Source of the DNA: Desulfatiglandales bacterium
GTDB taxonomy: Bacteria; Desulfobacterota; DSM-4660; Desulfatiglandales; HGW-15
Reading direction: 5' to 3'
NCBI GenBank assembly: GCA_963667015.2
Contig: CAXXJJ010000001.1
Location: 1,184,001 to 1,248,000, forward strand
DNA length: 64,000 bases
Below, piece after piece: positions 50,905-57,361 of this stretch (positions within the stretch are counted from its first letter, which is position 1; each line of letters starts with the position of its first letter). A model generated the notes under the pieces. It was not told the origin of the DNA and made no database searches. It was given only the letters and a program-made list of their open reading frames with translations. The position numbers and the translations under genes were made by a program.

Positions 50905-51432
50905 ATGAAAGTTATCTGTTCCTTCTGTAGAAAAGATATTTGTGAAATAGAACCTCTTTATGATCCAAGTATAAAATATGGCACATGCAATGAATGTCAT
51001 GATGCATTTGCTGAAAAAGTTAAGGGTCTGACTCTTGACCAGGTCATCGACGAGTTTGAAACGCCAGTACTGGTTGTGGACGAGGACTGCAGGGTCGTTG
51101 CCTCCAATAAACTGGCGTCGCACATAACCGGATTAGGTCCGTCAAAAAGAGATTATCTGGGATTGTTTGGCGGAGAGGCCTTAAAGTGTGAATATGCTGA
51201 TCTTCCGGAAGGGTGTGGTAAGACTTACCATTGTGTAGGGTGTGCAATACGTAACGCTGTTAAGACATCAATTGAAAATGGAAAACCACAAAAGAATATT
51301 CCTGTCAACTTGAAGAGAAAAGATGGAGAAATAAATCTTAACATATCAACTGAGAAGATTTTTTCTCTTGTAAGAATCAATCTGAAAACGGATTTTATTC
51401 CCAGCAAGGATAAACAGACTGAAGCGTTTTAG
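50905..51432 (+). CDS. Cys-rich zinc-ribbon plus PAS-like hypothetical protein
   Basis: CSFC...CNEC; VLVVDEDCRVVASN; C..A..PEGCG...C..C. Confidence 0.7.
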   Translation: MKVICSFCRKDICEIEPLYDPSIKYGTCNECHDAFAEKVKGLTLDQVIDEFETPVLVVDEDCRVVASNKLASHITGLGPSKRDYLGLFGGEALKCEYADLPEGCGKTYHCVGCAIRNAVKTSIENGKPQKNIPVNLKRKDGEINLNISTEKIFSLVRINLKTDFIPSKDKQTEAF

Positions 51433-51500
51433 CCTGAAGACTATCAGGTTCCTTCTTCTTTTGCTAACAGCCCTCAGCCTAAAATGCTTCAGCCTGATTT
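51413..51500. repeat. Dispersed stem-loop repeat, copy 2
   Basis: CAGACTGAAGC...CTAACAGCC...AAAATGCTTCAGCCTG. Confidence 0.6.
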
Positions 51501-52901
51501 TTTAGCTACAATGACGTAGCGACTCGTAATACCCAGTATTTTCTTTTTCTGCATTGCTGCAACAACATTTGCCTGAAACCTTTCGGATGACATGGGTGCC
51601 TGGATAATATGACTGACTTCCCATCCCGCATCCTCCATCAATCTGCAGTAATCGGTAATTAGTATTGCCGCCTTTCGGGATTCATCAATGGCAGGAGTGC
51701 CCTGGAAGTCCCGCCAGTCGGCATTTATCATAGCCAGCCTTGTGCCCTTTTTGCTGTTCTTATTAGCCAGTTTAAAGAACTCTTCAAGGAATCTGAGATA
51801 TTCTTCTCTACTCATGTTTGCTATGCTGGTTTCTTCATACTCTTTTACTTTTTTGCTGAAATAGGGAGGGTCAAAAATAATAAGATCCGGTTTTGTCTTT
51901 CCATTAACAGGCCATTTGAGGTTATTGATATCCCAGAAATGATGTTCTATCTCTGGCCTTTCATTGATTCTATCAACCATATCAAAACTCCAGCAGCGGC
52001 GGTTGAATGCAAGACATGTATCTGCCACAACCCCGCCTCCTGCCATGGGGTCGATAACAAGATCATTCTGGCTTGAAAAGAAATAAAGGATATGCGCGAC
52101 CAGCTGCGCCGGGATTCTCCCCGGCCACTCATCACCGAACCTTTTATCACAGTCATTCCAGTTCCACAGGTCCCAGGTCCTTATTCCCCACTGTAATTCC
52201 TGGTATTTGGTAAAGTCATCTTTTTCCTTAAGCTTGATGGACCATAGCAAAGATTCAGGCCAGCCGTGCTTTTCAGCAGTTTGAGCTACTGTAAAACCTT
52301 TTTCCAGGTCGCTATTTGGTAAATCTGGCAATGCTGCCATTTTTACCAAATGGTATTTAATTGTCTCCCTCGATTCACCTAATTGAGCTGAAATTCTTTC
52401 CTGAGGGATACCAAGGCGACTCATTTTAAACAATTTAAGATCAAATTCTACTTGAGCCGCGGCCTTTAAATCAGCAATATAGAAATCGACTGTTCTTCTG
52501 GCACGACCCACTGCTATACCGATTTCTGCTGAATTCAGTTTTGGGTCATCCAGATATGCCCTTCTGGCAGCATCTCTTGCCTCTTCGTCGCTAAGCTGCC
52601 TTGGGCCTATGGCCTGTTTTGCGGCATACAACAGGGGATTTGTGCCATTGAGCTTTATTATCTGTGCGGGAATTTCTTTTTCGCCAATGCCTTTATATGC
52701 AGTTAATCTATGAGCACCGTCCAGGATGCGATACTTTCCCGGTTCATCCGGATGTTTCTGAAGATGTATAGGGTCAAATTTAATGCCGTCCCGCATGTTT
52801 TCCTCAAACATGGTAACTCGTTTGTAGTCAATGCTGCTTCGCGGGTAAATACTTTTATCCAGAACAATGTCTTCAACTTGTACAGTCTGCACTTTACTCA
52901 T
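51489..52901 (-). CDS. ParB/Srx N-terminal domain + HTH repeats + amino-DNA methyltransferase fusion
   Basis: ILDGAHRL (ParB), HTH-like AEIGIAVGRARRTV and QERISAQLGESRETI, DPMAGGG (SAM binding), FDPPY (catalytic). Confidence 0.85.
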   Translation of the reverse strand: MSKVQTVQVEDIVLDKSIYPRSSIDYKRVTMFEENMRDGIKFDPIHLQKHPDEPGKYRILDGAHRLTAYKGIGEKEIPAQIIKLNGTNPLLYAAKQAIGPRQLSDEEARDAARRAYLDDPKLNSAEIGIAVGRARRTVDFYIADLKAAAQVEFDLKLFKMSRLGIPQERISAQLGESRETIKYHLVKMAALPDLPNSDLEKGFTVAQTAEKHGWPESLLWSIKLKEKDDFTKYQELQWGIRTWDLWNWNDCDKRFGDEWPGRIPAQLVAHILYFFSSQNDLVIDPMAGGGVVADTCLAFNRRCWSFDMVDRINERPEIEHHFWDINNLKWPVNGKTKPDLIIFDPPYFSKKVKEYEETSIANMSREEYLRFLEEFFKLANKNSKKGTRLAMINADWRDFQGTPAIDESRKAAILITDYCRLMEDAGWEVSHIIQAPMSSERFQANVVAAMQKKKILGITSRYVIVAKKSG

Positions 52902-52924
52902 GGGTGTCTCCTTTTGGTTAGAAA

Positions 52925-53045
52925 AGCAGACTGAAGCCTGTTAGTATTTTCGCTTTTCCTAACAGCCTTTAGTCTTTACCCTGTTAAATCCGCAAAGCGG
53001 GCTGCGAGACAGCATTTAACAGGGTGAACAGCTTCAGCCTGTTTT
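52925..53045. repeat. Dispersed stem-loop repeat, copy 3, with a nested REP-like insert
   Basis: CAGACTGAAGC...CTAACAGCC...[ACCCTGTTAAAT...ATTTAACAGGGT]...GCTTCAGCCTG. Confidence 0.6.
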
Positions 53046-53050
53046 TGGAA

Positions 53051-53067
53051 TTACAAACATCATGCCA
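53051..53067 (-). promoter_or_regulatory. sigma54-like promoter for the ParB-MTase gene (GT at -12)
   Basis: Minus strand TGGCATGATGTTTGTAA. Confidence 0.45.
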
Positions 53068-53185
53068 TAGTGATTCAGTTCTAATTAGAATTATGGATAA
53101 GCAGGAATAGCAAGCCTTTTCGCTATATGGGATTTCTATGAAGGAATACTGCCGAATTAATTTATATTTTTAAAAAATTTGAAAA

Positions 53186-53223
53186 TGCACAATATGGTGT
53201 GCACGTGCACACTTTATTATGCA
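53186..53223. promoter_or_regulatory. Tandem TGCAC-N8-RTGCA boxes containing a 16-bp perfect palindrome
   Basis: TGCACAATATGGTGTGCA and TGCACACTTTATTATGCA; GTGTGCACGTGCACAC at 53197-53212. Confidence 0.55.
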
Positions 53224-53489
53224 AATTCACCTCGATTTAGAATTTTATCAGGCAATTGTTTGTAAAGATTGAGAATAGAAAGAGCTCTTATAAACCCAAT
53301 AAACAGAATGGACTTTCTTTTTTATTATCTGTTAATCAAAAATATATTGAAAACAGCCTTATTCCTTTCAAAAGAAAATATGTAGCAAAACAGTTTCTGT
53401 ATCTCTGAAACCGAAAAGCAACGTTGCACTGCTGGTATACATTTATATTTGTCTATATTATGCCTTGCGTAACATATCCCGGAGGAAAC

Positions 53490-54431
53490 ATGCTTATCGG
53501 AAATTATTCATTTTCTTGTCTTTTCACTGAACCAGCCATTCTCCCTCCCTATAAGGGGTCAACTTTCAGGGGAGTTTTCGGCCGTGCCTTGAAAAAAACA
53601 GTATGTGCGCTGAGACTAAAGGAATGCAACGAATGCCTGCTGAAAAGCAAATGTCTTTATGCACTTGTTTTTGAGACAAAAGAAGCAGTCGATCTGCCAC
53701 AGGGGGCAAGAGTTTCAAGCCCTCCTCATCCCTTTGTTATTGAACCCCCTCTTGATGACAGAACACAGTATGAAAAAGGAGATTCTTTTACATTTAATCT
53801 CATTTTATTCGGAGATAGTAATCATAGTCTTCCATACTTTATTTATGCCCTTGATCAAATGGGAATAACCGGAATCGGAAGAAGGGTAAACGGGAAGAGG
53901 GGGCATTTTAAGCTGGAGAAAGTGACCGCAGATGACAGGCCGGTTTATTCTGGGACTGATCAGAAGATCAATGCTGAAAATGTCTTTCAGGATATAAAAA
54001 TTCCTGAACTTACTGATAGTTCTCATGAGAACCAGTGCATTAAGATAAAAATACACACACCTCTGAGACTAAAATTTGCGAACAGACTAAATGCAGAACT
54101 GCCCTTCCATATCCTTGTCAGAGCGGTTTTAAGGAGGATATCCTCTCTTTTTAGTATCTATAATGGCGGTGAACCGGCGCTGGACTACAAAGAGCTTGTC
54201 AACAGGGCCATGGAGGTCCGAACCATTAAGCAGGGTTTGGAATGGTATGACTGGAGACGCTACTCCTTCAGGCAGGATCAAGAGATGCTTATGGGGGGAA
54301 TTACAGGAAGTGTCATCTATGAGGGCCGACTCGCTGAATTTCTTCCCCTGCTTGATTTGTGCAGGGTTATGCATATAGGTAAGCAGACTGCTTTTGGGCT
54401 TGGAAAGTATGAGACGGAGGTAATATCTTGA
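53490..54431 (+). CDS. cas6: CRISPR pre-crRNA endoribonuclease Cas6
   Basis: GSTFRGVFG, Cys cluster, PHPFVIEPP, C-terminal G-loop HIGKQTAFGLG. Confidence 0.92.
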   Translation: MLIGNYSFSCLFTEPAILPPYKGSTFRGVFGRALKKTVCALRLKECNECLLKSKCLYALVFETKEAVDLPQGARVSSPPHPFVIEPPLDDRTQYEKGDSFTFNLILFGDSNHSLPYFIYALDQMGITGIGRRVNGKRGHFKLEKVTADDRPVYSGTDQKINAENVFQDIKIPELTDSSHENQCIKIKIHTPLRLKFANRLNAELPFHILVRAVLRRISSLFSIYNGGEPALDYKELVNRAMEVRTIKQGLEWYDWRRYSFRQDQEMLMGGITGSVIYEGRLAEFLPLLDLCRVMHIGKQTAFGLGKYETEVIS

Positions 54432-55552
54432 AAAACATACTCCTTGCAGTTACCGGTTTAAGCCCGCAGGTTATTACAGAAACCCTCTATGCACTTCACC
54501 AGAGTTTACGGAAAGTTGATGCAATACATGTAATAACCACAAAGGAAGGCAGGGACAGGATCTATACAGGACTTCTTTCAGGTAAAACCGGTCAGTATCA
54601 TAATTTTCTCAGGGAATATAATATAGATCCTTCAAAAATAGATTTCACACACAGCAATATCCATGTAATAACAGACGAATATGGCGTGGAAATAAAGGAT
54701 ATTATCACAGAAGAAGATAATACTCATCTCCTTAAAAAATGTCTTGAACTTACCTATCGTTTTACAGCTTCTCCTGAAAGCAGTGTATTCTTTTCAGTGG
54801 CCGGAGGAAGAAAGACCATGAGTGCCTGTCTTACACTGGCAGCGCAGATGTATGGGAGACCACAGGACAGGATATTCCATGTACTTGTTTCCCCGGAGTT
54901 CGAAGGCAACCCGAATTTTTATTACCCGCCTAAAGAGTCAGCAGTAATAGAACTCAGGGACAAAAAAAATAACCCCTATTATAAAGGCACCGGGTATGCA
55001 GAAATATCCCTTATACCCATACCATTTGTTTCCATAAGGGAGCACCTGTCCCCCGAGTTTCTGAATGAACCCAAAGACCCTGGGACATTAATGCTTTCTG
55101 TTATCAGGGAAGAATCTCCAAGGCTTATCCTGAACCTGCTTACACGAAAACTCATATATAAAAAACTTGAAATGGACATAATGCCAGCGTGGGCAGCCCT
55201 GTATGCCTTTTTTATCATGATGAAAAAGGAGTGCCCAAAAGAGACTGTAACCTGCGGAAGCTGTACAGATTGCTTTATGGAAATAAGCGATATTTATAAA
55301 AACCAGCAGAAGATAACAGACCTGTATAAAAAGATAATGAAGGGCAGGCCAATAGAAGAGATGAGTGACTCAGGCATAACCAGCCTGGCCTCAGAAAACT
55401 TCAACTCCTACAAGGGGAAATTGAAAAAGAAACTGCTGGATCATTTTGGACCATATGCCCTGAAGGAACTGGAGATTGCCTCTGAAGGCACAAAACCGGG
55501 CATTCGGTATGGGGTTAGGATGAGTAAGGAGAGGTTGGAGATTGTTATTTAA
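54428..55552 (+). CDS. NE0113/TIGR02584-family CARF protein (putative ring nuclease) with Cys-rich/wHTH C-terminus
   Basis: LLAVTGLSPQVITETLYAL, SVAGGRKTMS, HVLVSPEFE..PNFYYPP; C-terminal CPKETVTCGSCTDC. Confidence 0.85.
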   Translation: MKNILLAVTGLSPQVITETLYALHQSLRKVDAIHVITTKEGRDRIYTGLLSGKTGQYHNFLREYNIDPSKIDFTHSNIHVITDEYGVEIKDIITEEDNTHLLKKCLELTYRFTASPESSVFFSVAGGRKTMSACLTLAAQMYGRPQDRIFHVLVSPEFEGNPNFYYPPKESAVIELRDKKNNPYYKGTGYAEISLIPIPFVSIREHLSPEFLNEPKDPGTLMLSVIREESPRLILNLLTRKLIYKKLEMDIMPAWAALYAFFIMMKKECPKETVTCGSCTDCFMEISDIYKNQQKITDLYKKIMKGRPIEEMSDSGITSLASENFNSYKGKLKKKLLDHFGPYALKELEIASEGTKPGIRYGVRMSKERLEIVI

Positions 55553-55864
55553 TCATATTTTAGATTCACAGGCATCATGTCTGCCGCAGTTTCTGAGGGA
55601 GATCATGCCGGGTTCGGGTCCATATTCAAAGGTAAATCTGAGAGATTTACCTGCGTACGCAATAAAGACACTACTGCCGCCTTCGAGGTATTTTGCTTTT
55701 ATATTTTTCGCTTTGTGGACGTTAAGCGACTGATGTCTTGGGTTATCTGAAAGAATTTTCACGGCCTTGTCAATGGCGCGTTTTTCCATTTGATTTAAGT
55801 GAGAATAGCTCTCAAGAAACAAGGCCTCAAATGATAATAAAAAAGGAGGAGCTTTAGCCTGCAT
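55553..55864 (-). CDS. RelE/ParE-like toxin
   Basis: FLESYSHL...KAVKIL..NPRHQSLNVHK...RFTF...LRNCGRHD; downstream of an AbrB-like gene. Confidence 0.7.
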   Translation of the reverse strand: MQAKAPPFLLSFEALFLESYSHLNQMEKRAIDKAVKILSDNPRHQSLNVHKAKNIKAKYLEGGSSVFIAYAGKSLRFTFEYGPEPGMISLRNCGRHDACESKI

Positions 55865-55871
55865 GGGAAAC

Positions 55872-56147
55872 CTACTTTTTTGAGCGTTTAAGGGCGCTGG
55901 AAGGGCTGGAGGCTATTACTGGAGGCTGTTTATCCTTGTTTATCTTTTCTTCCTGGTCTACCCATTTTTTAGGGAGGATTTCATCCGGAAGATCGGACAT
56001 ATCCGGATATTTCCGCACTGTCCTGACAGGGAACAGGGTTATCCGGTCACCTTCGACAACATACTCAAACAGGTCCTCAGACCTGAATTGTGGCGGAAGG
56101 GTCACTCTTCCGCGGGAATCGGTTTTAAGAATGTTGATATTTGACAT
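55872..56147 (-). CDS. AbrB/MazE/MraZ-like antitoxin
   Basis: KTDSRGRVTLP...EGDRITLFPV. Confidence 0.75.
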   Translation of the reverse strand: MSNINILKTDSRGRVTLPPQFRSEDLFEYVVEGDRITLFPVRTVRKYPDMSDLPDEILPKKWVDQEEKINKDKQPPVIASSPSSALKRSKK

Positions 56148-56173
56148 AATAGAACTCCTTTTTGATTTTAAGT

Positions 56174-56202
56174 ATCATAAATTATGATGTAACAGTTGTC
56201 AA
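56174..56202 (-). promoter_or_regulatory. sigma70 promoter of the TA pair with a palindromic operator
   Basis: TTGACA-N17-TATGAT; ATCATAAATTATGAT palindrome over the -10 box. Confidence 0.7.
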
Positions 56203-56353
56203 TAGTGGGAAAATGGGGAGGTTTTCAGGTGATCCCGGAAGGAACTGGAAATAGCCCCTGAAGGAACAAGACCGCGCACAAGATATGGCATAAGGATGGG
56301 AAAAGAGAAAATTGAGATTGTCCTGTAATTTATTTAGAGATGAGGTTCTAAGC

Positions 56354-57028
56354 ATGATTAGAGGAAAAGAAAAGGAAAACTTGAAGAGGGAGTTTAAACG
56401 CCTTTTTAAAAGCATGGATTTTATCTGTGATAATTACCTTAACAAAAAGGATTTACCTGAAAAGGAGCTGGGAAGATTTACAGACATTTATCAACAGTTA
56501 GGACTGGTCTGGGAATTTTTATCCCTGCAGTGTAAGCACTGGGATGGATATAAAAAGTCCAGGGGGAAAAAAGAGGTATGCCGGATCTGCGGCACCTTAA
56601 AAGGGGCTGCGGAAAAACATATTCTGCTGCCTTCAAAGGGTAACAAAAAGATTGGGCGCAAGGCTAAACCGAATTCCGGAAAGACCTGTAAAAATAAACA
56701 GAAGGCCATGGTATTAAAGGATTCCATCAGTTTTCACGGAGCAAACCTTGAGGTGGAAGTCAATAACTCGTATAAATCGAACCTCATAAAAGCTGACTTT
56801 GAAGTTAATATAGCTGCCGAGAGGGAAGTAACTTTAAAAGAAAAAGGCATTGAATGCAGTATAGGCGAACACAGGATTGATATTGATATAAAAAAGCCAG
56901 AAAAAGGCGCCAAGCCGCCATATGGCAACTTTGCCTTTGAGTTAAAGAAAAAAGATCTTAAGCATTTCCCGGTGATCTTTCATTTTGATGATGATTTCAG
57001 GTTTTTTGGGTTGACGATTTTGCAATGA
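56354..57028 (+). CDS. Basic hypothetical protein with a CxH...CxxC zinc-finger-like motif
   Basis: CKHWDGY...CRICG; Lys-rich; GAGG RBS. Confidence 0.7.
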   Translation: MIRGKEKENLKREFKRLFKSMDFICDNYLNKKDLPEKELGRFTDIYQQLGLVWEFLSLQCKHWDGYKKSRGKKEVCRICGTLKGAAEKHILLPSKGNKKIGRKAKPNSGKTCKNKQKAMVLKDSISFHGANLEVEVNNSYKSNLIKADFEVNIAAEREVTLKEKGIECSIGEHRIDIDIKKPEKGAKPPYGNFAFELKKKDLKHFPVIFHFDDDFRFFGLTILQ

Positions 57029-57115
57029 AACGGATGTTTTAGCAACGTTGCAGAAGTTGTAATAGCATCAGTCGTTTTTTAAGATGCTTTGAAATGATTA
57101 AAAGGAGAATATATT

Positions 57116-57244
57116 ATGGATGCGACTGTCCTTAAAATTGCGCTGGCTGGCTTCCTTCATGACGTAGGGAAATTTGCAGATAAAGAGAGTATAAATATAT
57201 TGGAACAGTTCATAATAGACAATGCCGACTATTGTCAATGGTGA
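57116..57244 (+). pseudogene. Truncated N-terminus of a second Cas10/Csm1 (HD motif)
   Basis: AAGGAG RBS, then MDATVLKIALAGFLHDVGKFADK..., compared with LRAISIAGFFHDIGKFAER in the intact cas10. Confidence 0.75.
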
Positions 57245-57361
57245 GGCAACTACTAATTTTAATGTCACAAAAATAGAAGCAAAGAAATATCTAAGAGGTG
57301 CTGTTATAAAGGATTTATTGAGGTTGATTGTTTAAAACTGAAACGCCATTTAGGAGAAAAG

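Noticed and set aside
51489..52901. ParB domain as evidence of a plasmid or prophage
   Set aside because: No parA, rep, integrase or phage genes nearby; flanked by chromosomal genes
52902..53489. Possible CRISPR array upstream of cas6
   Set aside because: No regularly spaced 28-40 bp direct repeats here or elsewhere in the window
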